Made by a program: the position numbers and the translations under genes. Positions 8,970 through 18,253 of a DNA stretch of 64,000 nucleotides are shown in pieces; position 1 is the first letter of the stretch, and each line of letters opens with the position of its first letter. Source of the DNA: an uncultured Bacteroidales bacterium (GTDB taxonomy: Bacteria; Bacteroidota; Bacteroidia; Bacteroidales; VadinHA17). Location: the NCBI GenBank assembly GCA_963760915.1, contig CAVXEU010000003.1:266370-330369 (forward strand). Reading direction: 5' to 3'. Below the pieces are notes generated by a model, which worked only from the letters and a program-made list of their open reading frames with translations, was not told the DNA's origin and made no database searches.

Positions 8970-11261
8970 TCAAAAGTTATAACCGATACTTATATATCCT
9001 TTGATTCGTCTGAAATATTTCTCATGAACACCGTTCCCATACATAACACCAATTCTTAGTGGACCCATTATAGAGTTGTATCCGATACCGGCTCCATAAC
9101 CGGTAAGCAGGGAAATTTCTTTATCGCTGTTAATCTGACTTGCAGCGAAAATGTTCGCCATTATATTTATGTGAAAATTATCGAACAGTTCTGCATCAAC
9201 CTCAGTTTTTAATCCTGCCATCTTATTAACAGGGATTTCATTTGAATGAAAACCAATCATCGGAACAGACCTGTTGTTTAATGATTCAATACCACCCAGG
9301 AGATAAAAATTATTCTGTGCTGAATCAGAATCTGAATCGGTTATAAAAAGAGCATCAGCTCCAATAGAGAACGTCAGCTTGCTGCCAGGTGATGTAAAAT
9401 ACTGTCTGTAATTTCCATAAAAAGTGAAGAATCTGTTAAACGAAAGCCCGCTCTTATTCTCCCTGAAAACGACTTTTGAAGAATCAGTTCTGACAGTTTC
9501 TGAAAGGAGTTTTGATGTGCCGGCTTTAAAATTGAATATAATTCCTTTATCCGGGAACTGCTTACTGTCCAGAGTGTTTATCTGATAATAATAAGATGCT
9601 GATAAATAATTATATGAAAGGCTCTTAAGGTGAACATCTGAAACGTAACGCAGGATCAGGTTCATGTTCTCGTAGTTTGCGGAAACACCAACCATCTGAT
9701 TAAGACCAATTCTCTGGCTGAAACCAATTCCGGGAATAAAATTTCTGCTTACAACATCTCCACGATCGCCTCGAATTTCCAGCATGGGTAGCCGCGTATT
9801 GTCGGCATAAAAATTTGCGGAAAGGCCGAATACCTGATTCCTGTCCACAAACTGAAGAAGATTAAGATTAAATCTGTAATACTGACCAATATAAGAATCC
9901 AGATTGATCACAGATCTTTGAGTGATAAGGTTTTTTACAGAAATCCCAAGTACTAAACCTGAAAGAAGAGAATTATCATAATGAACCGAGCCATAAAGCA
10001 TTGCCAATGGTTTCTCGATGCAGTCGATAACGAGAATAAGTGAATCATTCCAGGGAACTATCCGGTATTTGACTTTGTCGAACCACGCCTTACCGAACAG
10101 AAGTTCAATTTTGTCACTTATCATATGTTTATCAATTTCTTCTTCAGGCCTTATGTCCATCACTCCAAGAATCTGAGAATCTGAATATCTCTTATTCCCT
10201 TGGAATTCAATCTTATTGAATGTATATGACGTTTTATCAAGGATATTCACCAAAGGTTCCTGAGTACCAATCTGGTTAAGTGAGTCTGCAAGTTTTCTGA
10301 AATAGTCTTTATAAGGCAGGGCAGCTTCATATCCTCTTTGAATAAATGAGTCCACCTTTTCAAAGGCAAATATTGGAAATTCGCTTGTTTCAGGCCTGAT
10401 AATCACATCACATAGTTTTTTCTCTTCATCAAAATCATTCAGACTTCTGAACATAGCTATCTGTTTTAAAATTCCCGAAACAGACTGAAGATCATCTTCC
10501 TTATATCCTTTGAAACCGACATAAGATCCGATAAGGATATCAGCACCCATATCTATGGCTTCACTGGCTGCAAAATTTCTTATCAGCCCTCCATCAAGAA
10601 GGAGAAGAGTATCGATTTTAAGAGGTGTAAAAATAGAAGGAACAGCTGAGCTGGCTCTAATCGCATCAGGAAGATATCCTGTTTTCAGATCGACTTTTGT
10701 ATATGTTATAATATCAGTAGCTACACACATGAATGGTATGGGCAACTTCGAAAAATCACTTATATCTGCTGCCGGCCAGCCATAAAAACTGAGCGTATTT
10801 TCGATCTGCTGGCCATTAATGAGGCCTGAAGGCAATATTACCTTCTTAAATGAAAGGGGCAAAGAAATTATGCTATTGTCAAAATGATCTTTTTCAATAA
10901 AAGCCACTTTGTTCTCAGGTATCTTGTTTGAGATGACAAGATCCCAGTTTATCTCGTTTAAAATCTTATGCAGACTGTCAGCAGTATAACCTAATGAATA
11001 CATTCCGCCTATGATACTCCCCATACTTACTCCGGTGATATAGTCAGGACGTAATCCGGCTTCCTCCATTACTTTTATAACACCCAGATGAGCTATGCCA
11101 TGTGCTCCGCCACCGCTCAGTACAAGTCCCACAGAGGGTCTTGAGGAAATTTGCTGGGCATCGATATTAAAAGGCTGGAGGAGTAATAAATAACAGATAC
11201 ACAAACATACTAAAAGAAATCTTCGGGAATATCTTTTAATAGAATCGGACCTGGGTTTCAT
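8970..11261 (-). CDS. Patatin-like phospholipase fused to an Omp85/surface-antigen beta-barrel (PlpD-like architecture)
   Basis: The patatin domain shows a GGGAHG oxyanion motif, a GVSMG (GxSxG) nucleophile and an LLLDGG catalytic Asp motif. The C-terminal ~350 aa are rich in alternating aromatic and polar residues and end in ...ISIGYNF, typical of a beta-barrel. Start choices are 11261 (MKPRSD..., signal-like) or 11297. Confidence 0.8.
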   Translation of the reverse strand: MKPRSDSIKRYSRRFLLVCLCICYLLLLQPFNIDAQQISSRPSVGLVLSGGGAHGIAHLGVIKVMEEAGLRPDYITGVSMGSIIGGMYSLGYTADSLHKILNEINWDLVISNKIPENKVAFIEKDHFDNSIISLPLSFKKVILPSGLINGQQIENTLSFYGWPAADISDFSKLPIPFMCVATDIITYTKVDLKTGYLPDAIRASSAVPSIFTPLKIDTLLLLDGGLIRNFAASEAIDMGADILIGSYVGFKGYKEDDLQSVSGILKQIAMFRSLNDFDEEKKLCDVIIRPETSEFPIFAFEKVDSFIQRGYEAALPYKDYFRKLADSLNQIGTQEPLVNILDKTSYTFNKIEFQGNKRYSDSQILGVMDIRPEEEIDKHMISDKIELLFGKAWFDKVKYRIVPWNDSLILVIDCIEKPLAMLYGSVHYDNSLLSGLVLGISVKNLITQRSVINLDSYIGQYYRFNLNLLQFVDRNQVFGLSANFYADNTRLPMLEIRGDRGDVVSRNFIPGIGFSQRIGLNQMVGVSANYENMNLILRYVSDVHLKSLSYNYLSASYYYQINTLDSKQFPDKGIIFNFKAGTSKLLSETVRTDSSKVVFRENKSGLSFNRFFTFYGNYRQYFTSPGSKLTFSIGADALFITDSDSDSAQNNFYLLGGIESLNNRSVPMIGFHSNEIPVNKMAGLKTEVDAELFDNFHINIMANIFAASQINSDKEISLLTGYGAGIGYNSIMGPLRIGVMYGNGVHEKYFRRIKGYISIGYNF

Positions 11262-11334
11262 ACAGGGCATAATTAAATGCGGCTGAATAATAGACATGAA
11301 TAAGCAAGATAGTTATTTTAAGTAAATTTGCAGA

Positions 11335-13200
11335 GTGAAAAACAGATTAATTTTCAATAATAGCTGGCTGCCTACAAATAAGAAGGAGGTTGAATCTAGG
11401 GGGTGGAATGAAATTGATGTTATTATTTTCAGCGGTGATGCTTATGTTGACCACCCTTCATTTGGAACAGCAGTAATCGGAAGGGTTATTGAAGATGAAG
11501 GATTCCGTGTGGCAATTGTTCCGCAGCCAAACTGGAAAGACGATTTGAGAGATTTTCGTAAACTGGGAAGGCCGAAATACTTTTTTGGAGTAACGGCAGG
11601 AAATATGGATTCGATGGTTAACCATTATACTGCTGCACGTCGACTAAGGTCTGACGATGCCTATACTCCGGGCGGAAAAGCAGGCTTCAGACCTGATTAC
11701 CCGACAATAGTCTATACAAAAATTCTTAAGGAAATATATCCTGATGTACCTGTAGTAACAGGTGGCATTGAAGCCTCAATGAGAAGACTCACACACTATG
11801 ACTACTGGCAGGACAAGCTGGAACCATCCATCCTGCTGTCAGGCAAGGCTGATATGTTAATATATGGAATGGCCGAACAGCCTTTGAGAGAACTTCTTAG
11901 ACAACTTTCGAAAGGAGCCTCTTTTTCTTCACTTAAAACAATACCTCAGACTGCAATTATTTCAGGAAAAGATGACTCTCTTCCGGTTCAGAAAATCTGG
12001 AAGGATATTACTCTCAACTCATATGAAAATTGCCTTAAGGACAAGAATCTTTTTGCAGAGAATTTTGTAAAGTTTGAAAAGGAATCAAACCGGATGGAAT
12101 CTGCCAGGCTTATCGAAAGCGCAGGGGAATACAAAGTGATAGTTAACCCTCCATATTTGCCTGTTTCAGAAGAAGATGCTGACCGTTCCTTCGATCTCCC
12201 CTATATGTACTTACCCCATCCCAGGTATAATATGAAGGGAGATATACCTGCCTATGCGATGATAAAATTTTCCGTGAATATACATCGTGGTTGTTTTGGA
12301 GGATGCAGCTTTTGTGCAATTGCAGCCCACCAGGGAAAACAGATAATAAGCAGATCGGAGAACTCAATTTTGAAGGAGATAGGGAAGATCAGGGAACTGC
12401 CGGGGTTTAAGGGATATTTGTCGGATCTGGGCGGGCCATCTGCTAATATGTACAGGATGAGAGGGATGGATATGAAGCTATGCATGGTCTGTTCCAGACC
12501 ATCCTGCATATGGCCATCGGTATGCAAAAACCTGAATACCAGTCATAAAGAACTGACCGATCTGTACAGAAAAGTGGATAAGATGGAGGGGATAAAAAAA
12601 TCTTTTATAAGTAGCGGTGTCCGTTATGATCTGTTGTTCACTGAATGGAATAAAAATGCAGGACGTAATGAAGGTGAGTATCTTGAGGAACTTGTTATAA
12701 ATCATACATCTGGAAGACTCAAGGTAGCTCCGGAGCATACTTCACAAAAGGTTTTGACGCATATGCGGAAGCCTCCGTTTGAACTGTTTAAAAAACTTAA
12801 GAAACGATTCGATAATATACTGGCAAAGAATGGTCTGAAATATGAGATTGTTCCTTACTTCATCTCGTCGCATCCGGCATGTAACGATTCAGATATGGAG
12901 GAACTTGTAACAGAGGTAAAAAGTCTGGGCATAAAGCCTGAGCAGGTACAGGACTTTACACCGACTCCGATGACTCTTTCTACTGTTATGTACTATACCG
13001 GATTTGATCCATATACAGGGAAAAAGGTATATGTGGCCAGAAATATTGATGATAAGAGACGGCAGAAAGAATTCTTTTTCTGGTACAAAAAGGAATCCGG
13101 ATTCAGACCTGATTTGGCTAAAAAAAGATCATTTGGTAACAAACTGAAATCGATTAACCACGGACCTCGCGCAGAAACAGGGAGAAGAAATACTAAATAA
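11335..13200 (+). CDS. YgiQ-family (UPF0313) radical SAM protein
   Basis: A CFGGCSFC (Cx3Cx2C) cluster motif follows IHRG. The N-terminus reads GWNEIDVIIFSGDAYVDHPSFG, typical of YgiQ. The start appears to be GTG. Confidence 0.85.
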   Translation: MKNRLIFNNSWLPTNKKEVESRGWNEIDVIIFSGDAYVDHPSFGTAVIGRVIEDEGFRVAIVPQPNWKDDLRDFRKLGRPKYFFGVTAGNMDSMVNHYTAARRLRSDDAYTPGGKAGFRPDYPTIVYTKILKEIYPDVPVVTGGIEASMRRLTHYDYWQDKLEPSILLSGKADMLIYGMAEQPLRELLRQLSKGASFSSLKTIPQTAIISGKDDSLPVQKIWKDITLNSYENCLKDKNLFAENFVKFEKESNRMESARLIESAGEYKVIVNPPYLPVSEEDADRSFDLPYMYLPHPRYNMKGDIPAYAMIKFSVNIHRGCFGGCSFCAIAAHQGKQIISRSENSILKEIGKIRELPGFKGYLSDLGGPSANMYRMRGMDMKLCMVCSRPSCIWPSVCKNLNTSHKELTDLYRKVDKMEGIKKSFISSGVRYDLLFTEWNKNAGRNEGEYLEELVINHTSGRLKVAPEHTSQKVLTHMRKPPFELFKKLKKRFDNILAKNGLKYEIVPYFISSHPACNDSDMEELVTEVKSLGIKPEQVQDFTPTPMTLSTVMYYTGFDPYTGKKVYVARNIDDKRRQKEFFFWYKKESGFRPDLAKKRSFGNKLKSINHGPRAETGRRNTK

Positions 13201-13256
13201 TCTGTGATACTTCGCGACCTCCCCGGAAACTGACATGCCCCGACATGCTCCAACCG

Positions 13257-13739
13257 CTATTCGTATTCTTTAAGTATATTTTTAACATCATCAGGTGCTA
13301 CCCTGCCGTATGTCTTATCGCCTACAAGAACGACCGGTGCCAGACCACATGCCCCGACACATCTAAGACTGGATAACGAAAACTTATTATCCTTTGTTGA
13401 TTCACCTACCTGTATGCCCAGTTCTTTCTTAAACTCATCAAGTACCTTCTCAGCTCCTCTGACATAACAGGCTGTTCCAAGGCAGATACTAATAGGGTGT
13501 TTACCTTTTGGAGTCATAGTGAAGAATGAGTAGAATGTTACTACTCCATAGATTTTGGCTACAGGTACATTAAGTCCGTCAGAAATTACTTCCTGGATCT
13601 CTGCAGGCAGGTATCCGAAATGTTCCTGGCACGTGTGCAAGACATTAATAAGTTCCTGAGGATCATTATTAAAGGACTCACATACTCCGTTAATAAAGTC
13701 CACATCCTCTTTTTTTAATTCGATTTTTATATGCGACAT
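13257..13739 (-). CDS. NuoE/HndA-like [2Fe-2S] thioredoxin-fold subunit of the NAD(P)H-linked [FeFe] hydrogenase
   Basis: The 160-aa ORF has a Cys pattern (C..GTAC...LRCVGACGLAP) typical of NuoE/HydC/HndA. It is the last gene of the hydrogenase operon. Confidence 0.85.
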   Translation of the reverse strand: MSHIKIELKKEDVDFINGVCESFNNDPQELINVLHTCQEHFGYLPAEIQEVISDGLNVPVAKIYGVVTFYSFFTMTPKGKHPISICLGTACYVRGAEKVLDEFKKELGIQVGESTKDNKFSLSSLRCVGACGLAPVVLVGDKTYGRVAPDDVKNILKEYE

Positions 13740-13773
13740 AGCCGTGAATTTTATTATTAACCCATTATAAATA

Positions 13774-15552
13774 TTAATTTTTTATGATGACCTTTTTCTG
13801 CTTATCAAAATAATGAGTATGAAGCAGGTGATGAGCCTTTTCGCTTCCAGGCTGACCAAGAAACTCGTTGTAAAGTTTAATTATGAATGGATTTTCATGT
13901 GATTTTCTGAGAGGTTTATTCTTGTCTTCCTTATATAAGGCTTTAGCTCTTGCTTTTATGATATCCGAGTTTCCATGATGTAATGGTTGTCCGCCTCCTC
14001 CTACACATCCTCCGGGGCAGGCCATAACTTCAATGGCATGGAATTGTGATTTTCCTGATCTTACGTCATCAAGGAGCTTTCTGGCATTTCCAAGACCGTG
14101 GGCAATGCCAATATTAAGAGGTAGTCCGTTAAAATCTATTGTTGCCGAACGAACACCTTCCATACCTCTTAATTCTGTAAAATCGACCTTCTCAAGTTTT
14201 TTACCTGTATAAAGTTCATAGGCTGTACGGCATGCTGCTTCAATAACTCCTCCGGTTGTACCGAAAATCACACTTGCACCGGTTGATTCGCCAAGGGGTG
14301 AATCAAACTCTTCATCAGGGAGGTTCTTAATATCGATATTTGCCTGTTTAATGAAATTTGCCAGTTCCCTGGTAGATATTGAATAATCAACATCCGGATT
14401 ACCGTCAACTGAAAATTCATCTCTCTGGCATTCATATTTCTTTGCAAGACAAGGCATAACAGATACAACAACCATATCCTTCCGGTTTATTCCGATCTTA
14501 TCGGCGAAATATGATTTGGCAATGGAACCAAACATCTGCTGGGGTGATTTTGCTGAAGACGGCACATCTTTAAGATCCGGAAAATAATGTTCAAAAAAGT
14601 TAACCCATCCGGGACAGCAGGATGTGAGTATAGGAATTTTTGCTGTGGCATCACCATTAAGATGTCGGGTAAGTCTGTCAAGAAGTTCTGTGCCCTCTTC
14701 CATTATTGTCAGGTCCGCAGCGAAATCTGTATCAAAAACATAATCAAATCCCAAAGCCCTCAGGGCAGCTGTCATTTTGCCAGTGACAATTGTCCCCGGA
14801 GCAAGACCGAATTCTTCCCCAAGCGCTGCACGTACTGCAGGTGCAGTTTGTACAACGACAGTCTTTGCCGGATCTGCAAGAGCTCTCAGTACGTCAGGGA
14901 CATGATTTACCTCTGTCAGGGCACCTGTAGGGCATACCGCAACGCACTGGCCGCAATATGTACATGTTGAATGTTCAAGGTTCTGTTCGAATGCAGGAGC
15001 AACAGTCGCCATAAATCCTCTGTTTACTGCTGAAAGTGCTCCAACTGTTTGTACCTCATTGCACATCAATTCACACCGGCGGCACAAAATACACTTGTCA
15101 AGATCTCTTATTATAGAAGGTGAGGTGTCTTTCCTGTATGTTGATACTTCTGCATATTCTGCTCCGGGAATATCTCTTATGCCAAGTCGATGAGCCATTG
15201 CCTGTAGTTCACAGGTACCTGACTTGGAGCATACCAGACAATCTTTCGGATGGTCGGAAAGAATGAATTCCATTACGGTCCTGCGGGCATTGAGCACTCT
15301 GGTAGTATGGGTTTTCACAACCATTCCGTCTTCACATTTTGTAGAACATGTAGGTGCCAGGTTTTTTCTGCCCTGCACCTCCACAACACAGATACGGCAA
15401 CCTGCTGGTTTATTCTCGATGTTCATGTCGTGCAGTTCCATATAGCACAGGGTGGGTATATCAATTCCAAGTTCCCTGGCAGCTTTGTATATTGTAGTAC
15501 CCTTTGGTACGTTAATCTCTTTATTATCGATTGTAAGCTTTATAGTTTCCAT
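13774..15552 (-). CDS. [FeFe] hydrogenase catalytic subunit (HydA/HndD-like)
   Basis: All three H-cluster signatures are present: TSCCPGW, MPCLAKKYE and EVMACPGGCVGGGGQP. The N-terminus has a 2Fe-2S region and multiple 4Fe-4S Cys clusters. I prefer the ATG at 15552 (METIKLTIDNKEI). The track start 15585 would overlap the upstream gene. Confidence 0.9.
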   Translation of the reverse strand: METIKLTIDNKEINVPKGTTIYKAARELGIDIPTLCYMELHDMNIENKPAGCRICVVEVQGRKNLAPTCSTKCEDGMVVKTHTTRVLNARRTVMEFILSDHPKDCLVCSKSGTCELQAMAHRLGIRDIPGAEYAEVSTYRKDTSPSIIRDLDKCILCRRCELMCNEVQTVGALSAVNRGFMATVAPAFEQNLEHSTCTYCGQCVAVCPTGALTEVNHVPDVLRALADPAKTVVVQTAPAVRAALGEEFGLAPGTIVTGKMTAALRALGFDYVFDTDFAADLTIMEEGTELLDRLTRHLNGDATAKIPILTSCCPGWVNFFEHYFPDLKDVPSSAKSPQQMFGSIAKSYFADKIGINRKDMVVVSVMPCLAKKYECQRDEFSVDGNPDVDYSISTRELANFIKQANIDIKNLPDEEFDSPLGESTGASVIFGTTGGVIEAACRTAYELYTGKKLEKVDFTELRGMEGVRSATIDFNGLPLNIGIAHGLGNARKLLDDVRSGKSQFHAIEVMACPGGCVGGGGQPLHHGNSDIIKARAKALYKEDKNKPLRKSHENPFIIKLYNEFLGQPGSEKAHHLLHTHYFDKQKKVIIKN

Positions 15553-15562
15553 TATTTCCTGA

Positions 15563-17356
15563 TTATCTGATAAATATTGCATCAAACTTACATTTCTCTA
15601 TACATGCACCACATTTGATGCAGATAGCGGGGTTTATAAGATGAATCTCTTTTCTTTCACCGGTTATTGCGTTCACAGGACAAACCCTCGCGCATGCAGT
15701 ACATCCCACACAATTCTCAGGGTCAACTACATATTCCATGAGACTACGGCACTGACCGGCCGGACATTTCTTATCTGTCACATGTGCAACATATTCGTCC
15801 ATGTAATTTTCCATCATGGACAGGACAGGATTAGGAGAGGTCTGTCCCAGTCCGCAAAGTGCTGTATCTTTGATTACCAGGCTCATATTCTTCAGCCTGT
15901 CCAGATCTTTGAGTGTCCCTTTTCCTTCACATATCTGACCAAGAAGTTCATGCAGACGTTTATTTCCAATTCTGCATGGAGCACATTTTCCGCATGATTC
16001 CTCTACTGTAAAGTCGAGAAAATACTTTGCCATCGATACCATACAGTCATCCTCATCTAAAACGATCATGGCTCCTGAGCCCATAATTGAACCAACTGCA
16101 ATCAGGTTGTCAAAATCAATCGGTGTGTCAAGATGCTTTTCAGACAGACAACCTCCGGATGGACCTCCTGTTTGAATACCCTTGAATTTTTTACCATTTC
16201 TTATTCCGCCACCGATCTCAAAGATCACTTCTCTGAGTGTAGTTCCCATCGGTACTTCAATCAGTCCTACATTATTTATCTTACCTGCAAGAGCAAATAC
16301 TTTAGTCCCTTTTGATTTTTCAGTACCGATACTGCTGAACCATTCTGATCCTTTAAGGATAATTGGTGGTATTGCAGCAAAGGTCTCGACATTATTGACG
16401 TTTGTAGGTTTACCACGATATCCTGATTCCGCGGGAAAAGGAGGTTTCACTGTAGGTTCTCCCCTCAGACCTTCCATTGAATGAATAAGGGCTGTCTCTT
16501 CGCCGCAAACAAATGCACCGGCACCGTATCGAAGTTTTATGTCAAAACTAAAACCGCTTCCGAAAATATTATCTCCAAGCAACCCATATTCCCTTGCCTG
16601 GTTTATGGCGATTTTTAATCTTTCGATGGCAAGAGGATATTCGGCACGAATATATATAAGGCCATTGGAGGCTCCGATACTATATCCGCAAATTGCCATA
16701 GCCTCAAGTACTGAGTGAGGATCGCCCTCAAGGACTGACCTGTCCATAAATGCGCCGGGGTCACCTTCATCGGCATTACATACAACATATTTCTCTTCCG
16801 ACCGGCTTTTTCGGGCAAGTTCCCATTTAAGTCCGGTGGAGAAACCGGCACCACCGCGTCCTCTCTGACCAGAGTCCCTGACAGTTTTAATTACTTCTTC
16901 AGGAGTCATTTCCGCAAGAACTTTCCCAAGTGCCTGATATCCTTCGCGCGCTATATATTCATCAATATTCTCGGGATTGATAAAACCGCAGTTACGAAGG
17001 ACTATTCTGAGTTGTTTTTTGAAGATACCTATATGCCTGGAATCGGAGAGAGGTTCCATGGTCACAGGATCCCTGTGTAAAAGCCTTGTGACCTTCCGGC
17101 CTTTTATCACATGTTCCTCAACAATATCCTGTGCATCTTCAGGTTTGACACCGAAATAATAAGTATTATCAGGCATTATCTTTACAATAGGACCTTTACT
17201 GCAAAGTCCAAAGCACCCTGTCATAATTACCTGAACAGAATCCATTAATCCTCTTGTCTCAAGTTCATCCCGTAAATTGCAGACAATAGCATCGCTTTCT
17301 GAGGCGTGGCAACTTGTGCCACCACATACCAGAAGATGCATGCTGTATTTTGACAT
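15563..17356 (-). CDS. NuoF/HndC-like NAD(P)H- and FMN-binding Fe-S subunit of the hydrogenase
   Basis: The N-terminus is a thioredoxin-like 2Fe-2S domain. The NuoF core shows GRGGAGFSTG and ESCGKCAPCR motifs. The C-terminus has two ferredoxin-type CxxCxxCxxxC motifs. Confidence 0.9.
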   Translation of the reverse strand: MSKYSMHLLVCGGTSCHASESDAIVCNLRDELETRGLMDSVQVIMTGCFGLCSKGPIVKIMPDNTYYFGVKPEDAQDIVEEHVIKGRKVTRLLHRDPVTMEPLSDSRHIGIFKKQLRIVLRNCGFINPENIDEYIAREGYQALGKVLAEMTPEEVIKTVRDSGQRGRGGAGFSTGLKWELARKSRSEEKYVVCNADEGDPGAFMDRSVLEGDPHSVLEAMAICGYSIGASNGLIYIRAEYPLAIERLKIAINQAREYGLLGDNIFGSGFSFDIKLRYGAGAFVCGEETALIHSMEGLRGEPTVKPPFPAESGYRGKPTNVNNVETFAAIPPIILKGSEWFSSIGTEKSKGTKVFALAGKINNVGLIEVPMGTTLREVIFEIGGGIRNGKKFKGIQTGGPSGGCLSEKHLDTPIDFDNLIAVGSIMGSGAMIVLDEDDCMVSMAKYFLDFTVEESCGKCAPCRIGNKRLHELLGQICEGKGTLKDLDRLKNMSLVIKDTALCGLGQTSPNPVLSMMENYMDEYVAHVTDKKCPAGQCRSLMEYVVDPENCVGCTACARVCPVNAITGERKEIHLINPAICIKCGACIEKCKFDAIFIR

Positions 17357-17368
17357 AATTCTTCCTCC

Positions 17369-17770
17369 TTATCCTTTTAAGTCAATAGTTTGGTAATTCA
17401 TAGGGATGATACCATCAACCAGCTCACCCGTTTTAATATATTTCTCAATTATCTGATCTGCTCTTTTCAGATCGACAAACCCAAATACGACAGGACTCTC
17501 ACCCGGAAGGGTGACCTCAATAGTTGGTTCTGCATAACAATACCCCATACAACCGGTTTGGGTTACAACTGCTGCGACATTCCTCCTTTCGAGTTGTTCC
17601 AGGAAAAATTCCATTATGGTCTTTGCTCCTGAAGCAATGCCACAGGTTGCCATTGCAACCTTGACCTGAACAATGTTTTCAGTCTCAGCGGCCTTTATCC
17701 GGATGTCCGACCCTCTTTTTAATTCATCGCGTTTCTTTTTCAGATCCGCAAGAGATGTGATTTTTGACAT
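17369..17770 (-). CDS. Small thioredoxin-like [2Fe-2S] ferredoxin (HndB-like)
   Basis: The 133-aa ORF is the first gene of the operon. It shows CGIASGA...TGCMGYC spacing, as in small 2Fe-2S subunits that accompany NuoE/NuoF-type hydrogenases. Confidence 0.7.
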   Translation of the reverse strand: MSKITSLADLKKKRDELKRGSDIRIKAAETENIVQVKVAMATCGIASGAKTIMEFFLEQLERRNVAAVVTQTGCMGYCYAEPTIEVTLPGESPVVFGFVDLKRADQIIEKYIKTGELVDGIIPMNYQTIDLKG

Positions 17771-17995
17771 GTTGTCCGTTAGTTTTAATTTTTATTTTGC
17801 TGCAATTCTTTTAATGAGTTGCTTTTTTAATTAATTAATGTACCACTTTACAGCCCGGCAGTTTTTTGTACCCTTTCCCACAATAATGAATCTGATACTT
17901 CAATTTATTTGATTATCATTTGTTTATTAAGAATTTTTAAGGTCTTTTGAGTTAAATTAACCCGCTGAAAGCTGTCATTTTTAATCTTTATGCAG

Positions 17996-18003
17996 CAAAG
18001 GTA
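17996..18003 (-). promoter_or_regulatory. Candidate Bacteroidota -7 promoter element TACCTTTG for the hydrogenase operon
   Basis: The reverse strand reads TACCTTTG, an exact match to TAnnTTTG, about 226 nt upstream of the first start codon (17770). No well-spaced -33 TTTG was found, so the call is tentative. Confidence 0.3.
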
Positions 18004-18012
18004 GAAAATTAA

Positions 18013-18047
18013 TTGTGAAATTATTAACAATGTTAATAAAATAACAG
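18013..18047. promoter_or_regulatory. Tandem Rex-like operator candidates
   Basis: Positions 18013-18030 read TTGTGAA-ATTA-TTAACAA, one mismatch from TTGTGAAnnnnTTCACAA. Positions 18030-18047 read ATGTTAA-TAAA-ATAACAG, three mismatches from the TTGTTAAnnnnTTAACAA variant. A perfect 9-1-9 palindrome (TTATTAACA A TGTTAATAA, 18021-18039) overlaps both. Confidence 0.4.
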
Positions 18048-18253
18048 AAGATTTTAACAGTTCTAAATAGTAAGTGTTGATCTGATTTTGGACACAGCTG
18101 TTTTGGACTTTGCTTTTATCGTAACTGTCAAGATGCTGACAGCGGTCATTTTCTTACATTTATTACTTCCGGACCAGCTTTCCATGACGGGAAAGTACCG
18201 GATTCAGATAGCCTGTATCCTACAACAAATGCAAGCTGTGCATCTTTACGATA

